The notes: a model not told the origin generated them from the letters alone. 64,000 nt of DNA from a bacterium (GCA_965204535.1 OZ241996.1:640001-704000); one strand, 5' to 3'. Shown: positions 20,404-30,102, counted from the first letter of the stretch. Program-made: numbers and translations.

Positions 20404-21765
20404 CTAGTCGAGCAGCACCCTCGGCAGCCACATGGCGATTTCGGGGAAGACGATGACCAGCCCCAGCCCGATGAGCTGGAGAATCACGAAGGGAATGATA
20501 CCGCGGTATATCTGTTGCAGACGCACCTCTGGCGGGGCCACGCCCTTCATGTAGAACAACGCGAAGCCGAAAGGCGGCGTCAGGAAAGACGTCTGCAGGT
20601 TGACCGCCATCAGAATCGAGAACCAGTAGATGACCTCGCTCTTGGGCAGGTGGTCGCCGAAATCGAGCTCTGCGAGGATCGGCGCGAACACCGGAAGCAC
20701 GATGAGGGTGATCTCGATCCAGTCGAAGAAGAATCCGAGGATGAACGTCACCGCCATCAGGATCATCAGGATCCACCAGGGGTTGGTCCCCACCGAGTAA
20801 ATCACGTCCTGGATGAAGTCGTCGCCCCCGAGCGAGCGGAAGACGTAGGAGAAGGCGGTCGCGCCGACGAAAATGAAAAACAGCATCGCGTTGGTGAGCG
20901 AGGTGCGCTCGACCACGTCTTTCAGGACCGACCAGGTGAGCTGCCGGTTGACGATGGCGAGCAGGGTCGCTCCGGCCGCGCCGACCCCGGCCGCTTCGGT
21001 GGGCGTCGCCCAGCCGACGACGATTGACCCCAGCACCAGGACGATCAAAAACACAGCCGGCACCAGACCTTTGAGCAAGAGCAGGAGCAGTTCACCCGAT
21101 GTTTGCGGACCCATTTCCTTGGGCAGACGCGGCGCCAGGGCGGGGTTCACCATGCACCTCGTAAAGATGTAGGCGAAGTAGAGGCCGGAAAGAATCAGGC
21201 CGGGGAAGATGGCCGCGACGAACAGGGTCCCCACCGAGCGCCCGAGGAGATCGGCCATAATGACCAGCATGATGCTGGGCGGTATCAGGATGCCGAGCGT
21301 GCCCGATGCGGCGATGGTGCCGGTCGCGAGTTCCATGTTGTATTCGCGCTCGACCATGACCGGCAGCGCCATCAGGCTGATCATCACGACCGACGCGCCG
21401 ATGATGCCGGTCGTCGCCGCGAGGATGGTCCCCATGACCGTGACGGCGAGCGCCAGCCCGCCCGGCGTGCGCCGCAGCACCACCTGGAGACAGTACAGGA
21501 GATTGGCGGCGACGCCGGATCGCTCCAGCATCGTCCCCATGAAAATGAACATCGGTATCGCCACCAGCACCAGGTTGTCGGCGAAACCCCAGATGCGGAG
21601 CACGAGGTTGAAGAACTCGACTTGGGAGAAGACCTCGAAATACATGCCGATGAAGCCGAAAAAGAGCCCCACGCCGCCCAGCACGAATCCGACCGGGAAG
21701 CCCGAGAACAGGAGGATCGCCAGGGTGATGAACATGCAAGCCGGCAGGTAATCCTCGATATACAT
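20404..21765 (-). CDS. dctM: TRAP transporter large permease
   Basis: LVAIPMFIFMG, ATTGIIGASV, IPPS, TPTEAA, QTSFLTPPFG. Confidence 0.95.
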   Translation of the reverse strand: MYIEDYLPACMFITLAILLFSGFPVGFVLGGVGLFFGFIGMYFEVFSQVEFFNLVLRIWGFADNLVLVAIPMFIFMGTMLERSGVAANLLYCLQVVLRRTPGGLALAVTVMGTILAATTGIIGASVVMISLMALPVMVEREYNMELATGTIAASGTLGILIPPSIMLVIMADLLGRSVGTLFVAAIFPGLILSGLYFAYIFTRCMVNPALAPRLPKEMGPQTSGELLLLLLKGLVPAVFLIVLVLGSIVVGWATPTEAAGVGAAGATLLAIVNRQLTWSVLKDVVERTSLTNAMLFFIFVGATAFSYVFRSLGGDDFIQDVIYSVGTNPWWILMILMAVTFILGFFFDWIEITLIVLPVFAPILAELDFGDHLPKSEVIYWFSILMAVNLQTSFLTPPFGFALFYMKGVAPPEVRLQQIYRGIIPFVILQLIGLGLVIVFPEIAMWLPRVLLD

Positions 21766-21777
21766 GCGCTGGCGCTC

Positions 21778-22350
21778 CTAGTTCGACCCGGTCTGTTCGG
21801 TACCGGACTCTTCCTTTTTGGGGAGGAGTTGACGGAGATCCGCCGGGCCGAACAACTCGATGATCTTGCGCAGCAGGATGGTAATTCCTGACAGAAGAAG
21901 GACGAAGAGCCCTATCGGCAGGCACGCCTTGATCGCCCATCGATAGGGGAGGCCGGTCGCGGAGTCTGAGGCCTCGCCGACGGCCCAGGATCTCTCGACG
22001 AAGTCTTCAGCGAAATAGGTGACGATCAGACAATAGGGGATTACGAACACGATGCAGCCGATTAACTCGACCCAATCCTTGGCGCGCGTACTCAGCCGTT
22101 CGCGGAGCAGGTCGATCCGCACGTGGGCGTCCTCGATATAGGTGAAACCGATACACAACAGGAACAAGACTGCGTGGAGGTGCCATTCGCCTTCCTGGAG
22201 CTTGGTCGAGCCCAGCACCAGGAAGCGCCGGGTCACGACGTCGAAGATGATGACGACCATCAGCGGAATCGAGAGCCAGGCGCTGATCTTTCCGACGCCA
22301 GTCACGATTCGGGCCAGAAACTCTTGTATTCGAAAAAGTTGCCGCATCAA
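21778..22350 (-). CDS. dctQ: TRAP transporter small permease
   Basis: four TM helices, QEGEWH, HVRIDL. Confidence 0.92.
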   Translation of the reverse strand: MMRQLFRIQEFLARIVTGVGKISAWLSIPLMVVIIFDVVTRRFLVLGSTKLQEGEWHLHAVLFLLCIGFTYIEDAHVRIDLLRERLSTRAKDWVELIGCIVFVIPYCLIVTYFAEDFVERSWAVGEASDSATGLPYRWAIKACLPIGLFVLLLSGITILLRKIIELFGPADLRQLLPKKEESGTEQTGSN

Positions 22351-22375
22351 TGGGCTTTCCGGCGCAACATACGCG

Positions 22376-22416
22376 AAAAAGGCGCCGGAACCGTGACCGT
22401 TACGGCTCCGGCGCCT
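22376..22416 (-). terminator. hairpin plus U-tract between dctP and dctQ
   Basis: plus strand AAAAA-GGCGCCGGAACCGTGAC-c-GTTACGGCTCCGGCGCC. Confidence 0.65.
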
Positions 22417-22459
22417 GTGGGTGTTTCAAGCGAGACGGCTGAGCGCCGTCACATGGGCA

Positions 22460-23521
22460 TTACCTTAAGTATCCGAGGTCCTTCCATATCGCGTATTCCT
22501 TACGGAAAGCGCTGTAGGATTCCCATACCTTCTTGAAGGTCGCGTCGCGCGCGGCGTCAGCAGCGGCGACTTCGGCCCATTTCTTCTCGAGCGTGTCCAG
22601 GATCGACTGGGGCCAGCGATGAATGTTGACGCCCTTCTTCTTGAGTTCGGCCAAAGCCTTGCCCTGAATGGCCTCGCCCTCGGCGAGCCCCTGGCGGAAC
22701 GCGTCGCCGCACGACACCTCAATCTGCGCCCGCTGGGTGTCGGTGAGCGCGTCCCACTTCTTCCTGTTCAGCAGCAATTCGAAAACCGTCGACTGCTGGT
22801 GCCAGCCGGGGAAGTAGTAGTGCTTCGCCACCTGGTAGAAGCCGAGGTTCAAGTCGATCGCCGGCATGGAGTATTCCGTCGCGTCGATCGAGCCGCGCTC
22901 GAGCGCCGGGAAGATGTCGCCGCCCGCAATAAGCTGGGTCGATACGCCCACCTTCTCCATCACTTTGGCGCCCAGCCCGAAGAAGCGCATCTTCAAACCC
23001 TTCAGGTCGTCGATGCCCTTGATCTCCTTGCGGAACCAGCCCGACGCTTCGGGCGCGATAACGCCGCAGGGTAGCGATTTCAGGCCATGCTTCTTGTAGA
23101 TCGCATCCCAGAGCTCTATGCCGCCGCCGTAAAAAATCCAGCCCATATATTCGCCTGCTCTGGGGCCGAAGGGAACGGCGGCGAACATGGCGAGCGCCGG
23201 CTCCTTGCCGTACCAGTAGCCGGGCGTCGACCAGCACGCATCCACCGAGCCCTTCGCAACGGCGTCGAAGCACTCCTTGGCCGGGATCAGCGCGTTGGGC
23301 TCGAAGAACCTGATCTTGATGTTGCCGCCCGAAACCTTATCTAGACGGTCGACCATTTCTTTGCCCATCGAGCCGAGCTGGGTCAATTTGCTCGGGAACC
23401 AACTCGCCATTTTCCAGCGTATGCGCTTTGCGGCGTCCGCTTCACCGACTCCCGACGCCACCATCGTGAAGCTCAGCGCACAGATCATAAACCCGATCGT
23501 CGTAAGTTTCCTGATCGTCAT
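22460..23521 (-). CDS. dctP: TRAP transporter substrate-binding protein (TakP-like)
   Basis: signal peptide, WKMASWFP, AVPFG, GWFRKEI, LKGLKMR, YYFPGWHQ. Confidence 0.93.
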   Translation of the reverse strand: MTIRKLTTIGFMICALSFTMVASGVGEADAAKRIRWKMASWFPSKLTQLGSMGKEMVDRLDKVSGGNIKIRFFEPNALIPAKECFDAVAKGSVDACWSTPGYWYGKEPALAMFAAVPFGPRAGEYMGWIFYGGGIELWDAIYKKHGLKSLPCGVIAPEASGWFRKEIKGIDDLKGLKMRFFGLGAKVMEKVGVSTQLIAGGDIFPALERGSIDATEYSMPAIDLNLGFYQVAKHYYFPGWHQQSTVFELLLNRKKWDALTDTQRAQIEVSCGDAFRQGLAEGEAIQGKALAELKKKGVNIHRWPQSILDTLEKKWAEVAAADAARDATFKKVWESYSAFRKEYAIWKDLGYLR

Positions 23522-23811
23522 CAGCAGTTCCCTCCTTTCGAGTTGGACGAATCTCAAATCAGGGGCATCCATCTCCCTCGTTGATAAGGAGCCCCCATAA
23601 CCTCCTGCGTCATGATTTCTCTGGATAAGATTGATTCTAATTTTCCTGATTCATTCTATCTAACGCCAGACCGGTGTCAAGGGGTTAAATTCGGGGGCAA
23701 GCTGGCTTCCGAAGTTCGCGACGAATCTTCCATTTTTCGGGTGAGGTGTGATGCACATTGAAAATCGGGCAGGGTTGATGGCTGCGCAATTCATCGGGAA
23801 TCCCTGAAACG

Positions 23812-24630
23812 TCAGAAGCCGTAATAGCGCGGGTAGCCTTGTTTCTCCCAGAACCCGCCCAGGTCTTCGTTCGTGAAAAAGACGTAGCGCAGGAATTTCG
23901 CGCTCTTCCAGCCCACGTTCGTGGGCGAGGCGAGACGCAGCGGCGCGCCGTGCTCCAGGGGCAGCGTCTCGCCGTTGTACTCATACGCGAGGACGTTCTG
24001 CGGGTGCATCGCCTGCTTGAGATCGAACGTCACGCTGTAGCGCTCGTGCCCGTTCGCGGTGGCGAGCATGTCGTCGCACAGGAAGAACACGTAACGGCTC
24101 TCGGGTCTGAGCTTGTGCATTTCGATGAAGCGCGCGAGATGCACTCCCCGCCAGTGGCATATCGCGCTCCAGCCCTCGACGCAGATGTGCTCCACCGTCT
24201 GCTCCAGTACCGGCATCTCGCGAAGTTGTTCGAGCGTGTATTCCCGCACCCAGTGGCGCTTCATCATCTGCCCGTTTCTGAGATGGGCCTCCCCAACGAC
24301 GAGCCGCCACTCCTCGGGAGGGGTCTCGATGATCCGGGAGTTCGGCGTGACCACCGAGCCGTTGGGCCGCATCTGATCGGGCTGGACGGCGCTTCGGGGG
24401 TAGGTGCGCGCGAGGCGGTGGTTGCTGTCCGTAATGAGGCCCACCTTGTGGTTCAGGCGATCGAACCAGCTCAGCACGGCCTGCACGCCGGGTTCTTCGT
24501 TCAGGCGCGAGCACCCGGCCATGAAGGCGGAGGCGGCGGCTACGAGCATCTTCATGAATCCGCGCCGCGAAGCCGTCGATTTGCCCCCGCGGGATCCCAT
24601 GATTCGCTTTTCGCCTTTTTTCATCTTCAC
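23812..24630 (-). CDS. sulfite oxidase-family molybdoenzyme (MsrP/YedY-like), Tat-exported lipoprotein
   Basis: SRRGFMK twin-arginine signal, MAGC lipobox, HICVEGWS Mo-ligating Cys, HGAPLRL, GWKSAK, GGFWE. Confidence 0.88.
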   Translation of the reverse strand: MKMKKGEKRIMGSRGGKSTASRRGFMKMLVAAASAFMAGCSRLNEEPGVQAVLSWFDRLNHKVGLITDSNHRLARTYPRSAVQPDQMRPNGSVVTPNSRIIETPPEEWRLVVGEAHLRNGQMMKRHWVREYTLEQLREMPVLEQTVEHICVEGWSAICHWRGVHLARFIEMHKLRPESRYVFFLCDDMLATANGHERYSVTFDLKQAMHPQNVLAYEYNGETLPLEHGAPLRLASPTNVGWKSAKFLRYVFFTNEDLGGFWEKQGYPRYYGF

Positions 24631-24911
24631 TCTCCGGAGGACTCAGGCGGCGGCTTCAACACCTTGATGACGACGGGCGCGATGATGGGGACGGCCAGGA
24701 CGAGGGAGGTCGGATACAAAATGCAGGCCCACGTCAGAAACCCGAACTCAAATCGCGTTATCCAGGCCATCGGCCCGCTCAGGAGATAAGCGGCGATCAA
24801 GGCCAGCGCGGCGTTGATGCAGACGACGCCCAATACCAGCTTGCCGGCAAAAAGCCTGCGCCTCGCCAGTTGGGTTGGCAATACGAATTCGGTTTGTTCT
24901 TCCGTACCCAT
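24627..24911 (-). CDS. small membrane protein
   Basis: two hydrophobic helices; stop overlaps the next start (GTGA). Confidence 0.6.
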   Translation of the reverse strand: MGTEEQTEFVLPTQLARRRLFAGKLVLGVVCINAALALIAAYLLSGPMAWITRFEFGFLTWACILYPTSLVLAVPIIAPVVIKVLKPPPESSGE

Positions 24912-24914
24912 CCC

Positions 24915-25904
24915 TCAGCTTCCCGCTTTCGCCTTGCGCCGGAAGTCTCCAATGCGCCGTCCGCGCATGAGACCCAAGCGGATAAGGAGATACCCCGGCG
25001 CGCCGAACCACACGCCTGAGGCCTCACCGCCCAAAACTGCGTTCATCATATCCGCAACGAGGCTCCCGAGCCAGAAGACGAGCACCAGGATCGCCGCCTC
25101 CTCGGCGACGCGCCCGAGATTTTTGGCGAATTGCCTTTGTCTGGCCCGAAAGGCGTCTCGCTCCGCCTTGATCCCGACGATCATAGGCGCGAGTCCGCGC
25201 CGCCATCCGTGGGATATCACCATCAGGAAATGACCGATCATGAAGACGACCAGAAACAGCATCACCAGAAAATGCAGGAACCGGCTCGGCTGATAGCCCC
25301 CGAAAAGCCAGGTGAGCCAACCGAGTTGTACGGGTTTCAGGATGGCGAGGCCCGTCAAAACGGAGAGCACCCCGGCCAGTATGACGACGTTGTATGTGAT
25401 TTTTTGGATCGGGTTGAATTTCCCCTCGCCGGGGGAATGGTGAAAGGTCTTGACGGGATGCAGGAGCATTTCCTTGACGCCGGAGAAATCCGCCCGCGTG
25501 ATGCGGTAGTGCCTCCCTTCTTCCGTCAGGAGGAGCAGGAGCAGGAAGATCAGCCCGTTGATGGTGTAGGGCCACATGAGGGCGAAGTGCCAGCGCAGCG
25601 CGCCCGCGAGCCACTCGCCGATGCCGAAGGTTTTCGTGAGGCTTTGGACGAAAACCCTGTAGTCGGCGCCCAGGTTGATGGCGCGCGGGTCGGCCCGGGT
25701 TTCCGTCCCCCGCAGCGCCTCGTAGATCGCTTCGGGGTTGGGCCTGTCCGGGCCGAAAGCGGGGTACGCCCACCATATCTGAAACCCGCTCGCCATCATC
25801 AGGAGCAGGAGCGGCACGTTCAGCCAGTGGGTGAGCCTTAAGAGAGACGAGTAGGAATAGGCGGGCGCGTTCTCCGGTTGCGACGTTTCTTCTGTTTCCA
25901 TCAT
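24915..25904 (-). CDS. cytochrome b/b6-domain membrane protein with extra C-terminal helices
   Basis: RLTHWLN, WHFALMW, KFNPIQKITY, RFLHF...GH heme ligands. Confidence 0.85.
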   Translation of the reverse strand: MMETEETSQPENAPAYSYSSLLRLTHWLNVPLLLLMMASGFQIWWAYPAFGPDRPNPEAIYEALRGTETRADPRAINLGADYRVFVQSLTKTFGIGEWLAGALRWHFALMWPYTINGLIFLLLLLLTEEGRHYRITRADFSGVKEMLLHPVKTFHHSPGEGKFNPIQKITYNVVILAGVLSVLTGLAILKPVQLGWLTWLFGGYQPSRFLHFLVMLFLVVFMIGHFLMVISHGWRRGLAPMIVGIKAERDAFRARQRQFAKNLGRVAEEAAILVLVFWLGSLVADMMNAVLGGEASGVWFGAPGYLLIRLGLMRGRRIGDFRRKAKAGS

Positions 25905-26425
25905 TTTTCGGCGAGCAGCTTCATGATCATCGCTTCGGTGCGCTCGTGGTTGCCCTCGCCGATCGTCTTGAAGCGCACGACCCCTTTCTTGTCGATCAGG
26001 TATTTCGTCGGCCAGAAGCGATTCTGAAACGCGTCCCAGTTGGTGAAGTCGTTGTCCAGCACGACGCGGTATTTGATGCCGAGCTTGGCCATGGCTTCTT
26101 CGACGTTTTCTTTTTTCCTGTCGAAGTTGAACTCGGGCGCGTGGTTTCCGATGACGACCAGCCCCTTGTCTTCATAGCGCTCGTGCCACGAGCGCAGCGT
26201 GGGGATCTCCCGCACGCAATTGATTCAGGCGAACGTCCACATGTCGAGAAGCACCACCTTGCCGCGCAGATCGGCGAGCTTCACGGGTTCGCCGCCAATC
26301 CAGGGCCCGCCCTTGAGTTCGGGCGCGCGCGCGCCGGGCCCGAGCCCCGATGCGCCCGCCTGGTAGAACGTCCAGAACACGGCGAGAACGGCGATGGCGA
26401 TGATGCAGATGAGGGTTCGCTTCAT
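25901..26425 (-). CDS. selenocysteine-containing TlpA/DipZ-like redoxin (UxxC)
   Basis: ORFs 26225..26425 and 25901..26215 are in frame across TGA at 26225-26227, reading DMWTFA-U-INCVREIP; hairpin downstream of TGA. Confidence 0.85.
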
Positions 26426-26571
26426 GGTGGTCTCCTAGGCATAAGACGGCTTGTGAACACTTTAGGAGAAGGTTTGAGCGGATGCAAATACTTCTATACG
26501 ATGAATCGGGTGCTTATGCTGCCCCGCAGTTCAAATTTCGGTGAAGTTTATCCATTCAGGTGGAGAAGAAC

Positions 26572-26916
26572 GTGAAATATTACAATTTCGAAGAAATGGA
26601 AGCGCACGACACCGGGGAGAGGATTCAGCGCGTGGTGGCGGGCGAGCGTCTGACCGTGCTTCGCCAGACGATTCGCGCCGGCGTGGATATGTACAACCCC
26701 CATTCGCACCCGAACGAGCAGATGACGATCGTGCTGGAAGGCACGGCGAGGTTCGCTTGCGGCGGGAAGGAAGTGGTGCTCGGGCCAGGCGGCGTCGTGG
26801 TTTTTCCGCCGAACCAGGAGCACTCCACGCGCAACGCGGGCGATGGGCCGCTCGTCTTGGAGGAGATCTTCACCCCGGGCGTCGAGAAGCTGAACGAGCT
26901 GGCGCCCGAGGGCTGA
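26572..26916 (+). CDS. cupin domain protein
   Basis: HSHPNEQ, PPNQEH, EIFTP; RBS GGAGA before GTG. Confidence 0.88.
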   Translation: MKYYNFEEMEAHDTGERIQRVVAGERLTVLRQTIRAGVDMYNPHSHPNEQMTIVLEGTARFACGGKEVVLGPGGVVVFPPNQEHSTRNAGDGPLVLEEIFTPGVEKLNELAPEG

Positions 26917-26933
26917 ATGAGCCGGAGAGAAGC

Positions 26934-27740
26934 ATGAGCCGTCTGACGATTACTGGACTCAAGAAAGATTTCGACGACGTTTGCGCGGTCGACAATCTCT
27001 CCCTGGCGCTCGAAGACCGGGAGTTCATGGTGCTCGTCGGTCCCACGGGTTGCGGTAAATCGACGCTCTTGCGCCTCATCGCCGGCGTGGAGGATGAAGA
27101 CGGCGGCCACATTTATCTCGACGGCGTGCGGCTGAACGGCATTCCTCCCGGAAGGCGCGGGGTGCAGCTCGTGTTCCAGAGCTATGCCCTCTGGCCGCAC
27201 ATGAGGGTTTTCGACGAGAAGAAATACTCGAACCTCGGCTTCGCGCTCAAAATCCGCCGCTGGCTGCCGGGCATCCTGAACGAGCGCGCCCAGGACGTGA
27301 TGCGGCGTCTGGGGATCAGCAAAAAATGGTCCCGCCGCCGCCCGGACAGCCTGAGTGCGGGCCAGCAGCAAAAAGTCGCCATCGGCCGCGCCATCGCCAT
27401 ACCCCCGCAGGTTTTTCTCCTGGATGAGCCCCTGGCGAACATCGATCCGGTCGCGAGGCTGGAGGTCCGAAAAGAACTGAGAAGAGTGCACGACGAGATC
27501 GGGGCGATCAGCCTGCTCGTGACGCACGATTTATCGGATGCGTTTCAGATCGCCGACAGGATTGCCGTGATGCGCGACGGCGTGATCGTCCAGGTCGACA
27601 CGCCGGAGAACCTCATCAACCATCCGGTGGATTCGTTCGTCGAGAGTTTCTTCACGAGCGTGCACCATGAAAGGCTGCTGCAGGAGTTCCGGGCGAGGCG
27701 CCGGGCCAGGAAGACGAAACCGACTCCAGACTCACCTTGA
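26934..27740 (+). CDS. ABC transporter ATP-binding protein (MalK-like, no adjacent permease)
   Basis: GPTGCGKST, VFQSYAL, LSAGQ, LLDEP, VTHD. Confidence 0.9.
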   Translation: MSRLTITGLKKDFDDVCAVDNLSLALEDREFMVLVGPTGCGKSTLLRLIAGVEDEDGGHIYLDGVRLNGIPPGRRGVQLVFQSYALWPHMRVFDEKKYSNLGFALKIRRWLPGILNERAQDVMRRLGISKKWSRRRPDSLSAGQQQKVAIGRAIAIPPQVFLLDEPLANIDPVARLEVRKELRRVHDEIGAISLLVTHDLSDAFQIADRIAVMRDGVIVQVDTPENLINHPVDSFVESFFTSVHHERLLQEFRARRRARKTKPTPDSP

Positions 27741-28514
27741 CTCGGGGTTGGTTAGAAAATCCCGCCACGCCGCCCAGTAGGGCGTACCCCCCGTGTAATA
27801 CGTGTCGTTGTGGCCCGCTCCCTTGATGGTGAAAAACCGCTTGTGCTTTGAGCCCGCCGCCTCGTAGAGCCGCCTCCCCTGCGCGAAGGGTACGATTCCG
27901 TCCTTATCCCCGTGCAGGACGAACAGGGGGGTCTCCACTTCGGGGATCATGGCCGCGCTGTCGAATTTGGAGGAGATGATCCAGCCCACCGGCAGGAAGG
28001 GGAACATCTTCTTTCCCATGGCGAGGGTGCTCTCGAAGGGACTCTCGAGAATCAGGCCGCGCGCTTTCTTTCCTTCCAGGGCGAGCTTCACCACCACGGC
28101 CCCGCCCAAGGAGCGGCCAAAGAGAAAAATCCGCTCGGTCGGTACGCGCTCGGCGAGCCAGGCGTACGCGGCCCTGCCGTCGGCGTAGAGGCCCTCCTCG
28201 CCCGGTTTGCCCTCGCTTTTCCCGTAACCCCGGTAGTCGAAGATGAAGACGCCGGCGCCGAGTTCTTTTTGGATAAGCGCGATGTTCTCCGCGCGGTGGG
28301 AGAGGTTGCCCGCGTTGCCGTGCGCCCACAGGAGGACCGGGCCGTCGGGGTCTTTCGGCGCGACGTACCAGCCGTGCAGGCCTATGTCGTCTTCTGTCTT
28401 GAATGAGATGTTCTCGTAAACGACGCCGTAGTTTCCGGGCGTCACCTCGATTTCCCGGTAGGGGTGGTAGAGCAGGAAATTCTCTAATAGACCAAACATT
28501 CCCACGACCAACAA
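27732..28514 (-). CDS. alpha/beta hydrolase (BEM46/ABHD13-like)
   Basis: HGNAGN, DYRGYGKS, GRSLGG, HGDKD, AGHND; start uncertain. Confidence 0.88.
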   Translation of the reverse strand: MLVVGMFGLLENFLLYHPYREIEVTPGNYGVVYENISFKTEDDIGLHGWYVAPKDPDGPVLLWAHGNAGNLSHRAENIALIQKELGAGVFIFDYRGYGKSEGKPGEEGLYADGRAAYAWLAERVPTERIFLFGRSLGGAVVVKLALEGKKARGLILESPFESTLAMGKKMFPFLPVGWIISSKFDSAAMIPEVETPLFVLHGDKDGIVPFAQGRRLYEAAGSKHKRFFTIKGAGHNDTYYTGGTPYWAAWRDFLTNPESR

Positions 28515-28575
28515 AGCGCCTGCGCCGAGGAGCAGATAGCGATGGACTTTTTGCGAGATTCGCAGCGGACCATTC

Positions 28576-28992
28576 TCATCGAGGGGTTTGTGCGAGTTCC
28601 CGGTGGGCGGTCTTGATGCAGAGGTTCTGAATCGTCGTGATGCCCGCAGCCTCGAGGCGGCGCGCGGAAGCGGGATTCGAGATGCCTTTTTGCATCCAGA
28701 ACGCGCGCGGGCGCTTCTCTATCGCCTCATCCACCAGGGCGGGTATCTCCTCCGAACGCCGGAAGACGTTCACGATGTCTACGCGCTCGGTGATCTCGTC
28801 CAAGCTTGAATATGCCTTCTCCCCGAGGGCGGATTCGATTCTGGGGTTAATCGGGATGACCCGGTACCCCGCCTCCCGCATATACGCGGCGATCCGGTGG
28901 CTCGTGCGCGAGGGATCGTCCGAGAGGCCGACCACGGCGATGGTCTCGGCGTCGGCGAGCAAGGAAGCGAGTGACTTATCCTCAGGGTTCAT
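28576..28992 (-). CDS. CoA-binding protein (YccU-like)
   Basis: IAVVGLSDDPSR, VIPINP, DIVNVFRRS, WMQ.GI, C-terminal CIK. Confidence 0.9.
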   Translation of the reverse strand: MNPEDKSLASLLADAETIAVVGLSDDPSRTSHRIAAYMREAGYRVIPINPRIESALGEKAYSSLDEITERVDIVNVFRRSEEIPALVDEAIEKRPRAFWMQKGISNPASARRLEAAGITTIQNLCIKTAHRELAQTPR

Positions 28993-29175
28993 TCCATGCG
29001 TCTCCTTGATCTTTCGGCATGATACCACAGCTTTTATCGAGCGCATGAAGCACTCGCGGGGAAACAGCGGCTTGCCCTCAATGAAGACGAAGGTGTAAAT
29101 CATCGGGGAGGGGAGAGGACGCGCCTCTCCCTGATTTCATCTTGAGATATTTTCTCTTATCTGTGAGGGCATGAG

Positions 29176-29859
29176 ATGGCGGATGCGGCGGTTGTCGAGA
29201 TTTTCCACGAATACCACTGACCCTGGGCGTATATGGCCGCGGCGCGGCTGGACAAGGTGATGCCCGAGTTCGAAGGCAGGCTGCATCTCAAGTGGCGCGC
29301 ATTTCCCCTGGAAATCATCAACGACCGCCCTGCGCCGCGCCACATCGTGGATCAGGAATGGCCCCTGATAGCCGTTCAGGAGCCGCTCTCGCCGTGCAGA
29401 AGCTGGCCGCACGAGGAATATCTGCGCACCACGCTGCGCGCCTATCAGGCCTATGCGAGCGCCTATTCGCAGGACCCCGAAAAAGCGCGCGTCTACGACC
29501 TCAAGATCAGGCGCGGCTTTTTCTACGAGGGCAGGCGCGTGGATGAGAACGCGGTTTTATGCGAGATGGCGGAAGAGGCGGGTCTCGACGCCTCGAAAGT
29601 GCGCGCGGACTTGGAATCCGCCGTGTATGAGGCGGGCGTCATGGACGACTATCGGGAGGCCATGCGTCTGAGGGATGAAGAGGGCATGCCGATGACGAGC
29701 CCCACCCTCATCTTCCCGAGCGGGGAGGCCGTCTTCAACCCCTACGCTTCCGATAAGACGATTGAGGGCGGCAAACTCACCGAAGTGCACGCCCCGCCCG
29801 CCTACGGGGAGGCGGTGTATGCGGGTTACCGCGAGATTCTGGCAAGAGCGGCGGGGTGA
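29176..29859 (+). CDS. selenocysteine-containing DsbA/FrnE-family protein (UPWA)
   Basis: ATG at 29176 reads MADAAVVEIFHEYH-TGA(29218-29220)-PWAYM, in frame with ORF 29233..29859; WRAFPL and cis-Pro TSPT motifs. Confidence 0.8.
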
Positions 29860-29980
29860 TTTGGGAGCGCGCCTGAACCCTCGTCCGAAGTAAGTTCTAG
29901 CGCTATCCCAACAGGGTTGGTCCACTCGGATGAATAGGGAATAGGCGCGGCACATCCATGACGGTGTGCCGAATTGCTAA

Positions 29981-30102
29981 ATTGACCGGCAGTCTATTAA
30001 CACTTTCACCGTGTTTATAATATCACTTTCACCATATTTGTATTGACAATTTCACCGAATCTGTAATATAAATTTCACCACATTTGTATTGGTAATTTCA
30101 CC
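29981..30102 (+). repeat. 23-bp-period tandem array with TTTCACC core
   Basis: TTTCACC at 30004, 30027, 30050, 30073, 30096 and ATTGACC at 29981. Confidence 0.9.

Noticed and set aside
26541-27740. Extended starts implying fusions (26541 ABC ATPase; likewise 38342 and 40551)
   Set aside because: The extensions overlap other genuine genes; internal starts with RBS at 26934, 38435 and 41445 fit family lengths.
29981-30102. CRISPR array
   Set aside because: The 23-bp period is too short, the constant core is only 7 bp, spacers are related to each other, and no cas genes are present.
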